A stretch of 64,000 bases of DNA from Lama guanicoe (Eukaryota): NCBI GenBank assembly GCA_013239625.1, contig MU054400.1:107146-171145 (forward strand), given 5' to 3'. Under the pieces are notes generated by a model that worked only from the letters and a program-made list of their open reading frames with translations, was not told the DNA's origin and did no database searches. Below, piece by piece: positions 1 through 33,644 of this stretch (positions are counted from its first letter, which is position 1; each line of letters opens with the position of its first letter). The translations under genes and the position numbers were made by a program.

Positions 1-293
1 ACTTTAGGAAAAGCCAGCCACCAGGCTGTGAGGCCGGCATGTGGAGAGGCCCCTGTGAGTGAGCCAAGCACATCTTCTGCGGCCGGCCAAAAGCCATGTA
101 AGTCAAGCCCTGAGCTGACCGCAGCCGTGGCCAACACCTTGAATGCAGCCTCATGAGACACCCTGAGACAGAAACACCCAGTTAAGTTGTTTTCAGATTC
201 CTGGCCCATAGATACTGTAAGATAATAGATGTCTTTTGTTTCCAGCTACTAAGTTTTGGGGTAATTTGTTATCAGCAGTAGGTAACTAATACA
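1..293 (+). mobile_element. MLT1-type MaLR LTR, 3' part
   Basis: Typical MLT1 terminus ...ctaagttttggggtaatttgttatcagcagtaggtaactaataca. Confidence 0.7.
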
Positions 294-295
294 GA

Positions 296-1190
296 AGCCC
301 TATATAAATGAAGAGATATATTATGGTCGTGCATTTGAAGATTCAATATTGTTAAGATGTCATTTCTCCCCAATTTTATCTATAGATTCAGTGCAATCCC
401 AAATGAAATTCCAGCAGACTTTTTCATAGATGTGGATGAGCTGATTCTAAATAAAGATGGAAAGGCAAAGAAAGATAGTGAAAGCAATTTTGAAAAAGGA
501 AGAAACTTGGAGGACTCACAGTACCTGATTTCAACACTCACTATGAAGCTACAGTAATCAAGACTGTAGGATGGGTGAAAAGATAGATGTACACGCGAAT
601 GGAACAGAACAGAGGATCCAGAAATATATCCACATAAATACAGCCACCTGAGTTTTGAAAAAGTTACAAAGGCAATTCAATGGAGAAAGAATAGTCTTTT
701 CAACAAACATGCTGAAACAATTGGATGTCCACATACAAAAAGAAAAAAAATCTCAACCCATACCTCAAAATGGATTGTAGACTGAAATGTAAAATGTAAA
801 ACTAGGGCAAAAGATGCGAACAGACACTTCACCAAAGAAGATATATGGATGACATAATAAATATATGAACAAATGCTCAATTGTATTAGTCATTGGTAAA
901 ATGCAAATTAAAACCCTCATGAGGTAGCACTAGGTGTCCACAGAATGGCTAAAATTTTTTAAATTGACAAAAAGAATAAAAAAGTATGAAATACTTGCTC
1001 TACAAGTATCAACCATTATAAACCAGAGTGACTGAGACAGTGAGGTATTAGCGTAAGAAAAAAAAAAAGGAACTCAGAATGGAATAAAGAGCCCAGAAAC
1101 AGACCCACACATATATGGATGCTTGATTGCAAAGCAGTGAGGAAAGGACTGTCTTTTTAATAAAATGGTACTAGGCCAATTTGTTATCCA
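296..1190 (+). mobile_element. Old L1 (ORF2 3' region) fragments
   Basis: Translation FIYRFSAIPNEIP resembles L1 ORF2 IYRFNAIPIKIP; motifs such as aacagacacttcaccaaagaagatata. Confidence 0.8.
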
Positions 1191-1208
1191 CAGGAGGTAG
1201 AAGCTTAC

Positions 1209-21566
<20,358 letters not shown>

Positions 21567-21712
21567 GCTGGCGGCTGGGCTGCCCGCGAGGTCCTCCGCT
21601 CGCTCGCGCTCCGCTCGCAGTGAAGCCCGGCGCGGAGCCGGGAGGGGTTTTCTAGGAAACGCACCCAGCGCCGCCGAGAGGCGGAGTCACCGGGGAACCA
21701 GGACGGCAGAGG

Positions 21713-21725
21713 GAAAAGCGAAACT
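21713..21725 (+). promoter_or_regulatory. IRF-E/ISRE of the RIG-I promoter
   Basis: GAAAAGCGAAACT matches the IRF1/2 consensus G(A)AAASYGAAASY, about 150 bp upstream of the ATG of a known interferon-stimulated gene. Confidence 0.8.
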
Positions 21726-22454
21726 GCAACTAGCTGAGCGCTGGCTCGCGGCCCGGCCCCCGGCCCAGCCCCCGCGCCCGCACGTTCCAGCGCGGTTTCC
21801 TTTCCTCTCCAGCGGCTCGGTTCGCCAGCCCGCGGGCGCTCGCTGGTCCAGAGGGACGCAAGAGGACCCCTGGGGACGGCTTTTCGATGTTCATTTTAGT
21901 TATCCTTCTGTTTTGCTCTGATTTATCTTTTTGTTTAAGGTGTAGATACAATAAAATGCACAGGTTTTACGTGTACAATTCTATGAATTCTGGAAACGTG
22001 CATGCGGGTGTAACCACTTCCACCAGGTTGTGTGGGTCCTGAGGTCAGTGTCTAACTTTGCAGGAACCTGTCACCTGTTTTCCAAAATGGCTGTCCCGCT
22101 GTGCATTCCCACCTGTAGTGTAAGAGAGCTCCAGGTGATACACATTCAGGAAATACACTTTCAGTAATTTTGTTCCCTTGTTGGGCTTGTTTGGGGTTTT
22201 TGCCAGGGTGAAACGGTGCATTACAGTCAAATACATGTATTCCAAATGTCTTCTCCCAGCCTGTGACTAATCGTTTCATTTTCTTAAAGTTATCTTTTAA
22301 TCAGAAATTTATTTTGGTGAAACCTATATTTATCAGTTTTTAAATTTTGTTTACTGCTTTTAAATACATCTTTGCCTCCTCCAAGGTCACAAAGATATTG
22401 TTTTCTTTTTGGAGTCTCTGTTTTTAGCTTTTACGTTTCGGTTATGATCATCTC

Positions 22455-22870
22455 AAAAATGAACGTTGCCTACAGCCTGAAATGTACAGTATAGCTCATC
22501 CTCAAGACCTCTGACCTTTAAAGGTATAACACTTTCCCATTCATATAAAGATAAAAGGTTACAGGACAGAGAATAACATTTGTCTTGTTGGAGGTTTATA
22601 GGAGCATTGTGACCAGACCTACATGGACAGCTGCAAGAACAAAGAATTCCAGAGAGAACAAGTTTGCAACAACCAGCCACACCCCCTCTCCTTTTAGTAT
22701 AAAATAAGCCTGAATGCTGACTCAGGCAAGATAGTTTTTTGGAACACTAGTTCACCACCTTCTTGGTTTGCTGGCTTTCCAAATAAAGCTGCTATTCCTT
22801 GTCCCAACAACTCATCTCTCGATGTATTGGCCTGTCGTGTTATTAGCAGTACAAGCTTAGACTCTGTAAA
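22455..22870 (+). mobile_element. ERV1 LTR fragment (tentatively MER41-related)
   Basis: TATAAAA near 22698, AATAAA near 22782, 3' end ...ttggcctgtcgtg...gcagtacaagcttagactctgtaaaa resembles MER41-group LTR ends as I recall them. Confidence 0.65.
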
Positions 22871-23308
22871 AAGTTGGCTGTTGGTTTTTCTTCGATGTCC
22901 TTTATCAGATTGATGTTTTCTTGTATTCCTAGTTTGCTCAGAGTTTTTTGTTTTTGTTTTTGTTTAATCATGAATAGCTGTTGAACTTCTCAAATTTTTT
23001 TTCTGTATCTATTGAGCTGGTCATATATTCTGTTAATATACTGAATTTCATTGATTGATTTTTGAATATTAAACCAACCTAGAATTCTTGGGATAAATCA
23101 TATCTGGTCTTGTTAGCACCTTTTTAAAAATATATTTCTGGATTCAATTTGCTAATATTTTTCTATCTATGTTCATAAGGGATATTGGTCTGTAATGTCC
23201 TTTTCTTGTAATGTCAGAGTTACGCTAGCCTCATAAAAACAAAAGTTTGTGTATAATTGGTATCATTTCTTCTTTAAATATTAACAGAATCCACCAATAA
23301 AACCATTT

Positions 23309-23540
23309 GGGGGGGTGGGAAGGGATAGACTGGGATTTCAAAATGTAGAATAGATCAACAAGATTATACTGTATAGCACAGGGAAATATATACAAGATCT
23401 TATGGTAGCTCATAGAGGAAAAAAATGTGACAATGAATATATATATGTTCATGTATAACTGAAAAATTGTGCTCTACACTGGAATTTGACACAACACTGT
23501 AAAATGATTATTAATCAATGAAAAATGTTAAAAAAAAAAC
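23309..23540 (+). mobile_element. Younger 5'-truncated L1 3' end
   Basis: G-tract, then caagattatactgtatagcacaggg...aaattgtgctctacactgga, A tail; flanks aaccatttgg / aaacatttgg. Confidence 0.8.
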
Positions 23541-26500
23541 ATTTGGACTTGGAGTTTTCTTTGAAAATTATAACAGTTCAATTTATTTTCTAGATATAAG
23601 GCTATTCTGATAATGTCAAATCAGTTTTGCCAGTTCCTCTAAATTATTCAATTTATTGGCATAAAGTTGTTCATGATCTTCCTTATTATCCTTTATCTTT
23701 TTAAAAAATCAGTCTTGCCTGGAATTTACCAATTGTATTTATCTTTTCAAAAACCAACTTTGGCTTTGCTAGTTTCATTGTTATTCTATTTTCTATTTCA
23801 CTGATTTCTGCTCTAATTGTTATTAATTTCTCCTAGTTTCTTTGGATTTAATTTGCTCTTCTTTTGCTACTTTAGTAAGGTAGAAGTTTAGATCACTAAC
23901 GTTATACATTTTTATTTCCAAATATAAGCATTTGAGGCCATAAATTTCCCTTTTCTCAGCTGAGAGTATCTAACATCCCATCATTTTGGATATATTGTGT
24001 TTTCAATGTCATTCCATTTGAAATAGTTTCTAAAATTCCTGATTTCTTCTTTAACCTATGAGTTATTTAGAAATGTGCTGTTTCCTTTTCAAATATTGGG
24101 AATTTCCTATATAGCTTGATGTGAGACTTATGATTTTAAACTGTTGTTATCCAAAAGCATACATTAAGAGTTCAACATTTTGAAATTTATCGGAACTTGT
24201 TTTATGGGCCAGCATATGGACTGTCTTGATATATGTTCCAGGTACACTTAACAAGAATGTGTATTCTGCAGTTCTTGGGTATAATGTTCTATAAATTTCA
24301 GTTATGTCAGGTTGACTTATTGGTTTGGTTCTAGTTTCCTATACCTTACTAATTTTGTCTACTTGTTATATCAAGTACTGAGAGAAGGTGTTAAAAAATC
24401 TCCAACTATGATGATTGATTTGTCCAGGTGCCCCTTTTGTTCTGTTAGTTTCTGCTTCATAAACTTTGTAGCTCTGCTATTAGATGCATACACATTTAGG
24501 ATTGTTGTTTTCCTAATAAACTATGTCTTTTATCACTATGAAATGTTTTCTTGTCCCTATTGATACTTATTATATCAAAGACTATTTCATGTAATATTAC
24601 AAAACCCATAACAGCTTTTTTATGCTTACTATTTGTATGGTCTATCTTTTTCCCTCCTACTGCTTTCAGCCTCTCTTAATATTTAAAGTGTACCTCTAGC
24701 ATACAGCTTATAGGTAGGTGCTCCTTTTTTATCCAGTCTGACCACCTCAGCCTTTTAATTGGAGCGTTAAATCTATTTACATTTAATTATATATGGGTTT
24801 ACAACTGCAATTATGCTGTTTGTTGCATTTGATTTTGTTTCTCTGCTCCTCTATTCCTTTGATTTGGGTTAATGAAATATATCTTTTACTTTTATCTCTC
24901 TTAGCTATAATCTTTTGTTTTCTTTTAGCTGTATCTCTCGCTTTTGATATGTGTATATACATAGTAGTTGCTCTATTGATTACAATATGCACCTTTAACT
25001 TATCTCAGTCTACTTATAATAAATATTATCCCACATCAGGTAAAGTATAAGATCCTTGTAACCATATAATTCCATCTACCCCAGCCCTTCATTTGTGATA
25101 TTATTGTAATTTTTACTTTTCTATGTTATAAACCACATAATACAATGTTATAAGCTTTACTGTACAAAGTCAGTTGTCTTTTAAATAAGAAAATGATAGT
25201 CTTTCCTATTTTCCCATGCTGATGCTATTCATCCCCATTTATATACTGGTTTCTTTCCATCTGATGTCATTTCCCTTCTGATTTCTCTAATATGTTAAGG
25301 CTTCCAGTGACTTTTTCATTTCAAATATTGGTTTTAAAAGTTTTAAGATCGCCACTGGTTCTTTTTTCCTACTTTCATTTTCTCAGCTGGGAAACTCTAC
25401 CTGTTCCTTCATTTATAGCCATCTTTTAAGTTCATGTACCTATTTCTAAGAATGTCTTTAAAATCAGCAGTCCTTGTCTGCTGATTCCATCATGTGGATT
25501 ATTGCACAGTATGTTTTTGTAACTGTTTTTTCTCTTGACTGTGGGTTCCTTCATGTCTAATAATTTTTTGATTTACACTGGACATTACAGGTATGTTGGA
25601 AAATCCTTGGATTCTATTATATTACTTTGGGGAGTGTTGATTTTGTTCTAGTGTGGTTCTACCAGCTACTCATTTTGAAATTACGGAGGCTTTGTTTTAC
25701 ACATTGTGGTGGGTCTGTTTCAGTTTTGCCTTTAATGCAAGATGAATCCCTTTGTCCTGGGTATAGTCTTTTCTGCTAAGGTGTGGCCTTGTAGGAGTTT
25801 CAAGGAAAAGCCCTGCGCGTTTCTACTGCCTTTCCAAGTTGGTGGGACTCAGACTCCAAATTCTGTCTTCCCTGTGGTGGCAGCTGAGATATCTGTTGAG
25901 CTTTTCCAGCCTTTCCACTGTTGCTTACCTGGGCCCCTTGGATTCTCCCCTGCATGGATGCATTTTAAGGTCAGCTAAGGACTTGAATGAAGGTTATATA
26001 CAAATTTTAGGGGTCCTCCTTTGTGTTTCCTTTCTGAAATTCCCCCCTTACTATTGCTACTCTGGCAGCCCCAGGGTTCATCTTTTAATTCAGTGGCTTT
26101 CCGCTTGTGTTCAAACCTCCATGTGGACTGGGGAAAACCCTCAGAAGAAAAGCCAAATAAAAGCAATTCTCATGCACTACAGTTTCAATTGTCTAATTCC
26201 CTCCCGTTTCTGCCTTTTGATTTTTTTCAGTGCCTTCAAATGCTTATTCTTTATATTTTGTCCATTTTTATCACTGTTTTCTCATACAAGCTATTCTCCA
26301 CTAGTTGGGTTGAGATTTTTAACTGAGAAGAAATCAGATCAAAAATTCCTTTTAAAAAAATAAAGATATGCCTCCTTTTATGCTACCAGTAAGAAATAAC
26401 AGAGCCTTGAGTAGCAATGGATTTATTAAATCCCAACAATTATAGTGGAGAATGAATCTGAAAGAACTGAAGTCCCAGAGAGAGTCATCTGGCAGATTTG

Positions 26501-27249
26501 TACATAAAATCTGACCAAGGCCAGGAAAGAAGGGGAGTGTCACAGATAGGAGAGAAGAAAGGTCATGGTGCTACCATTTCCACAGGTGTTCAAATCAGAC
26601 ACCTGGAATGCAGCCTTCATTCTTTTCCCTCTTCCTTTCTGCTGCCACTCACTCCTCTGTCTAAAATATGTCTCAAAGGTTGAGCAGCATTGCCTACCGT
26701 TTTTTCCAATGTCCTTTATTTTCTGTCTTGAGATTCTTTTTTCTTTCTTTGTATTACTTCACATGTGGCAGTTACTTACTTACGTTTTCTCATCCTTATT
26801 GTCTGCTCCCTCCTCCAGTCAGACTCTAAGCTTAAGAGGGAGACTCTTTTTCACTTATCTCCATATACCAAGTGCTTTTCGCAATACCTGACATATAGTA
26901 AGTACTCTGTAAACGTGTTGGATAAATTCATGTCAGGTGAGGGAGAGGGTCTGCTGAGTCCTTTCAGCAGGGTTTGTGTTTGCTTGAGCTTGGCGCTGAC
27001 CAGAACTGCCCAGCTGATTTGGAAAGAAGAGAGAAATGGGAGGTTTGAGGAGGAGGGAAAGATGTGAAATATCCACTACACCAATGAGGGAGAATAATAA
27101 ACTTGTCTACTGATGTGTACCATACAAAGTTGAGGCTGGTGGTGGTATTTTTATGGTGACACCAACCTGTACAGCTGATGATTTCCTTCAGGAACACAGC
27201 AGGATGCATGCAGGGACAACTGAAGAGTTGGGTTCATCCAGATTGAGGT

Positions 27250-27456
27250 CTTGCTAGGTTAGCAAACGATTGCTTGCAGGACAAATCTAGCATGTGGCTT
27301 GTTTTTAAACAGGCTGCAAACTAAAAACTGTCTTAACATTTTTAAAGTATTGTAGAAAAAACCCAAAAAACTATACAACAGAGACTGCATATGGCCCATA
27401 AAGCCTAAAATATTTACTATCTGGCCCCTTACAGGGAAAGACTGCCAGCCCCTGAA
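27250..27456. mobile_element. MER58-like hAT element
   Basis: ...tatggcccataaagcctaaaatatttactatctggccccttacag...gccagcccctg. Confidence 0.7.
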
Positions 27457-30400
27457 CTAGGTAAAATGAAGAAAGGCAAGCAAACTGCAGGGTATTGCAA
27501 GGAAGTGATTTAAACACAATCCAGAAAATCATCGCTGGGCATAAAGGAAAGTGACTGACAGAGCAAGGTCAAAAGACTGTCTTCCTAGTCCTGTCTCCTG
27601 TCTGAATCATATTAGACATCCTTGGACGCAGCCTAACCTGCTCTACCCAGAGCAACATTTCCTGATGTAATGATCACATGGAGATAACAGTAAGGTACTC
27701 CTAAGAATTTAAAAATAACCAGAAATTGACACAGCCTTGGAAATCGACTGTAACTCAATAAAAAAATAAATAAAACAAAAATAAAGATTAACCTCTTGGA
27801 GAAACTACTTCTGTCCTACCGTGTGCAGGACACTGCATTTGGCACAGGAGATACAAGACAAAATTAGAAGCAAAGAAAGCATATGGAACTAGAGGGAACA
27901 CTTCGGGTCTCTTTTGAAAGCTACTCGTCCTTTGTCAGCCTCCTTACAGTTTGTAGTCCCTAGAATTCTCATTTACATCTGCTTCTCTTCTTGCTGGACC
28001 TCCCCTCTTCGGGAGATCTCATCCCTTCCCGCAGCTTCATTACTACTCTATTCCCAGTGACTCTTCAATCATCTCTCTAGCTCCAACTGCTCCTCCAAGG
28101 TGCACACTCGTATCTCCAGCTACCCCGTGGAAATCATCATCTGCATGGGCATCCTCTATTCCAGGCTGTACAGAGACTTTTCTGAGGTGATGGAAATGCT
28201 CTCTACCTGTACAGGCCAATGTGGAAGCCTCATGTGGCTATTAAACATAAAAACACTTCAAAAGTCCCAAGGTCCTCGGTTTTACTAGACACATTTCAAG
28301 CGCTTGCTACCTACGTGTGGCCAGTAGCTATGATAACTAACACAGCTCTAGGCAACTCGGCCTCAAACTGAACTCATTTTCCTCCCCCAACGATCCCTAT
28401 TCCTGTACTTCCTACCTTAAATATTGTCACCATGTATCTCTCACAAGAAAAAAAGAGTCTGGTCCTACGAGACATCTCCCTATCCATCACAGCCCAACCC
28501 CACGGAAGGCACACCACCCAGTGCTCCAGCAAACATCGCAGTTGCAGCTCCTACTGGGATGAATTTAGATTCAGACCTTGGCCTAAGTTAAATCCCATTT
28601 TCCTTGCCTCTTGCTTTTCTCAGGCACAGACCCAATGGTTATTTTACCATCCCCCAATATCCTCGGAAGTAAAGTAGGAAAGAATTTACTAATTTTCATA
28701 CTGTAACAACCATCTTACTGTACTTTTTAAATGGCCATATCCCACTTACTGTCTTCCAGCACCTAAAAGATTCAGGTATTGACTGAAAACTCAGAATGAG
28801 GAATTAATCCATTATTTACCAAGCTGTGGCTATCTTCTGTGCATGAGCCGGCTGCCGTGGCAGAAGACAAGTGCAGTTTAAAGGACAAAGTATAATACCA
28901 CTTTCTTCTCCATCCTAAATCTCTGTCCATCACTGAGTGTTCTTCCATGTAGAGCAACCTCATAGATCATTATCCTCAATTCCAATCACCCGTTGCCTCC
29001 ACTCCTTTTGGTTCCTTCCAATCATGGCTGGAACTAGGCGTTCTCTAAAATATTCCTGCAGTCTTCTTACCCCTACCCCAACTATACCTCCTTGATCCTC
29101 ACTGGAAAACACATCCTTTGATATCTCACTGTTCTCTTAAGTCAACTCAGAGCTTCACTTCCTTCCCTACGCAGCCCAGATACCAGAATGCATCAATTTA
29201 ACTACACTCTCTATTCCTGTATTTCATGCCTTGAAATACTCACCAGTACCAGTACCTCCCTCAACTCCTTTGCCTCCCTTACTACTCACATTCAGCAATA
29301 CTTCAACGATAAATAAACCCAGCCATTATTCATTCACTGTATAAATACTGAGTGCATACTAGATGTCCAAAGTTAGTTTCTGTTTCACTTCCATATTGTT
29401 GAATGCTACGGGGCAAAATCACAAAACTCAGGGTCTGAGAGATATGCCATTATCTCGGGTGAGGCCTCAACACTCATCAGCAATTCTTAGCTAAGCCTCT
29501 CTCCATGCCTCTAAGGAGCATTTTTCCACTCCTCTCCTCAAACCCGATCCTACTCATGATTCCTCTTTCTCAGAAGATGGCATTGCTTCCTACTTCATGA
29601 AGAGAGAAGCTTTAGAGCATGAACCACCTTATCTTAACCATCTACACACCAGCGTCCCTGTGCACTTTCACTCCTGCCACTCTGGAGGAAGATTTGCCTC
29701 CGCCTCTCCCCTCACTCACTCACGTACCTGTGCTCTGGGTCCCCTTTCCATTTTGCTACATCAGTTATCACTCTCCTTTATTTTCGATGTTTCCTATTCC
29801 AGGGGCTCCTTCCCAAAAATCTTCTCTCCCTCCCATCCTAAATTAAAAAATAATAATAATAATAAAGCAAACTCTCCTTTGATTTTATGCCCTCACAAGC
29901 TTGCCTCTGAGCTTGGAACCAAGAGTAGCTAACTGTATCTCAGACAAGATCCTCATGTCCAACAGCCCCAGCCTCATAAATTGTCTAGTGGCTTCGGTTC
30001 TAGCACAGAAAGTGGCTTTATAATTGTCAGTGCATGCTTGCCTTTGTGATTTTTTCCCCCTTTTGCAGGGTATACAAGGCTGATAACTCACTCTGACACA
30101 TTCTCACACACAGGCAACCTTGCAGGCCTGCAGAGACACTTTTGTCTTGAAATTATTTCAAAGTTACAGAAAAATCACAAAGAGTACAAAGAATTCCTGT
30201 CTTTTTACCCGTGTTCACCACTTTTTACCATTTTGTCACAATTTATCATTGCTTCTCTCCACCTATATACGTATTTTTTCTGAACCATTTGAGAGTAGGT
30301 TACATAATGATTATGATTGTTTCCCACAAGGGTTTTTCCTAGAGGCACCAATCACCAGATGTTTGTACAAATTCTGGTCTCAGTGACATCCACATCTCCA

Positions 30401-31684
30401 AATCCTAACAATGTAATGTTACCATTTTGAAGGCATATAGGTCTGAGCTTAATGTCAGAAATGGTCCCATGCTCTGAATCCTGATGAAATCTGGTCTGTG
30501 GGGAGGAACCCCTCTCCCTCTATTGCTCATCATCCTCTGCCCCCACTGGTGGGGACAATGGGGCTGGCAACAACCCTGGACAGCTTGCACGTGGTTTCCA
30601 GCACCCCAAAGCACATTCTGAAATATTTTTCAAGTTCAGAGATGCACTACTGGCTGGTTCAGGTGTCCACAGCCCACTCTAGAGGGGACTGCAATTGTTC
30701 ACCATGATGGGCCATCAGCTGACCTTGCATAAACCCTTGCCCGCTTGTACATACTGCCCATGGTTACTACACCTCCTCCAAGAGCCGAAGCCGAACTTGA
30801 CTACTTAGACTAGGAAGTAATAATAACATTTTTCCTGCTGTGAACCTAAGCAATAATGAATGAGCAAGGGCAAATGACTGGTTGCATTTCTTTTACACAA
30901 GTAAAAGTCACAAAAACATTGAAAACCTGAGGTAAAATAAAATCGTTTCATGGAAAGCAAATTCGGATGAACAAGCTAAAAGAACACAGCATTAGGCTAA
31001 AAGTTTAGAGTGGAGTTCTGTGAAAGCAGAAAGCAGGTATTAGGCAAATTTTGTAATCTCTAGCATCTATTCACTCACGTGATAAGCATATCTTATGTGA
31101 AAGAAAAGAGAGAAGGGATATAGCTGTACACTGACAGTTGCCAAAGAGCTTTAAGACGGGTGAGAGAAGACATCTAGTAATCAAATGCAACCTGTGATGC
31201 ATGCGCTAAAGAAGCCCAGGGCTGCTGAGAGAACAAGGCACTGACGGGAATTAATGGAGTGAAGGGGCACACCTTAACAGAAACCTAGTTCATCCAGGAT
31301 GGGATTCAGTTTCCAGCAGAAGGAAAATGCTCCGTATGAAGGCTCCGAATTCATAGGGAGCAGTACTTCCACAGACCTGAAACAGCTAGTGTGGCCAGAG
31401 CCCAAATGAAGTGAGAGAAAAGCTAAAGATGGACTGAAGTCTGACTGGGCAGAGATTTGTAACCCATATTATGTCGGATTTTTGTTTCCTTTTAATAAAT
31501 ATCCTAAGAATAATAGGAAGCTACTGAAATGTCTTAAGAAGAATAAAATGAAAAGAAAAAGTTTGTAAAGATCTTTTGAGTGCTACATCAAGAACGGATA
31601 GAGGCAAACAGTGGATGCAAGCAGACGTACTGTGGCAGTACAGGTGAGAGATCACGGCTGCCCAGACTGGACATAAGAAATCTT

Positions 31685-31875
31685 AGACAAGATTATACTG
31701 TAAAGCACAGGGGACTATATTCATTATCTTACAGTAACTTATGGTGAGAAAGAATATGAAAACGAATATACGTGTTCATGTATGACAAGCATTATGCTGT
31801 ACACCGGAAACTGGCACAACATTGTAAACTGACTAGACTTCAATAAATACCTATATGTACACTTAACAAAAAGAA
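31685..31875 (+). mobile_element. 5'-truncated L1 3' end
   Basis: Same family as 23309-23540; flanked by ttagacaa on both sides. Confidence 0.7.
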
Positions 31876-33080
31876 AAATATTAGACAAACATTTGGTGAT
31901 TGGATGAGGGGGCTGACGGAGAAAGAATCAAAAGACTTGGAAATTTTTGGCTTGAACACCTAACAGGATGATGTGATGGTGCCACATATTAAGGTAGGTT
32001 TTCACTTGTGTTAAACTGAAAACATTTAGATGGGTTTTCACAAGACATCATGCAAAAGCAGAATGTGGAATAAAATAGCATTCTTATGTTTTAAAACTGA
32101 AGGAAAACCACAGTCATTTCATAATTTTCAAAGTATATTCCTTGATCAACCACAGCCTTGCCACAATTTCTCAAGGCCTGAGCTTACTAAAAACTGTCAA
32201 TGTCAACTTTAGATTCCTGTCATTTTAAACCAGTTTCCTACTGCTATGAGGATAAACACAAACTTTAAGAATGGCCTAGAAACCTTGGCCCACACCCTCT
32301 GTCCTTTGGCTAAGCCTGCCTTCTTTTAGTTCTTGGAGTATGTCAGGCTGCCCTCTGCCTTTGGGTCTCTGCACATCTCCTTTGGTAATAACATCTATTC
32401 CTAGTTAGTATCTACTGTATGCTCTTACAGAAAATTAATACTTCTTCTCCAGAGAATTGTTTGTGAAGTTCATATATACACATATACTCACACATACCCC
32501 ATGAGTACAGGGAGCATATCTGCTTTGTTCTATGACTGAATCCCTAAAAACCTACAGAACCTGCCAGGCAGGAGGCATTCCAATTTCTGTTGAACAATCA
32601 GCGAACATGGTAGCAAGGCAAACTGATGGCTAAATTCATATCTAATTCAAGTTGTGCTGGTCACTGGCAATCTTCTATCAGGCTATACAGATGTACAGCA
32701 CTTTTTACCATCTCTGAAACAGCATAGAAACAAACAAACATAGCCACTTTGTGTAAAAGAACAACTAATGTAACATAAGTCTAGGAAGAGTTTCTTGTTT
32801 TTAGTAAACTAAATGCTACATAATTGCATTCTGCTGTGAAAGCATATAAGATACTTTGTAATCAGACTAAAGAACTAAAATAATCATTAAAACTGTGAGG
32901 TTTAATGCAGCTCACCTGAAATTCAGTATTTATTACACAAGAATACCCTGAACTATTTCACAAGATTTTAGCTCCACTAAAAAACCTGATTTAAAGAAAA
33001 ATCAATACTGCATAGGAAAATTTCTGGATTGTTTTAAAGTGTTACTGTTTTATTTTTTCTTTTCTTGAATACACATTTGC

Positions 33081-33086
33081 TTTATT
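33081..33086 (-). terminator. Candidate TOPORS polyadenylation signal
   Basis: AATAAA on the - strand about 560 nt past the stop; alternatives at 33049-33054 and 32929-32934. Confidence 0.5.
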
Positions 33087-33644
33087 GGCAGTCCAGATAA
33101 ACAAGTATATAAAGGAAATATTTAAATTTTTCTTTTGGCAGATGTCAAGATAAGCTGTGCAGATTAAAACGCCTCAATTTAACCTGAAATGGTTTTGAAT
33201 CATACAAATTTTTAAGAAGAAAAATAAAGACTGTCCAAAGGGATTCTCCTAGCTTATAACACATTTCCAGAATAACTCTCAAAAAAAAAAAAAATTCAAA
33301 AATACTCATTGACTACTTTAAAAATATGTCAATACCATATGGCTTTATGAAATAACTTCTAAAATTTATAGTTTTTATTTAAAAAGGATCCCACATTTTA
33401 AATAAACTGCTAGCAATATCATTTTCTTCACTTAAAAGTGCATATCTCTGAGGGTGGGAATACATACTTCTGAACAAATAATGATTTTTACAAATTTTTA
33501 ACACACACAAAAAAATTACTTAAAATATTTTTAGGGGAGAAAAGAGTTTAAGAGTTTTCACCAAGTCATCTTTAAATAGACTGCAGTAGATGACACTGTT
33601 CCTTTGTATATCATCAGAATTCTCAATGAGATGCTTTGGCAGTT

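Larger units (their letters stand above)
21945..26300 (-). mobile_element. Fragmented old L1 with nested insertions
   Basis: T-rich antisense L1 ORF2-like sequence (gtattcctagtttgct, gtgtattctgcagtt, aatctccaactatga). Confidence 0.65.

Noticed and set aside
25839..26363. 174-aa ORF between DDX58 and TOPORS
   Set aside because: Lies in degenerate repeat-derived sequence with no recognisable protein features.
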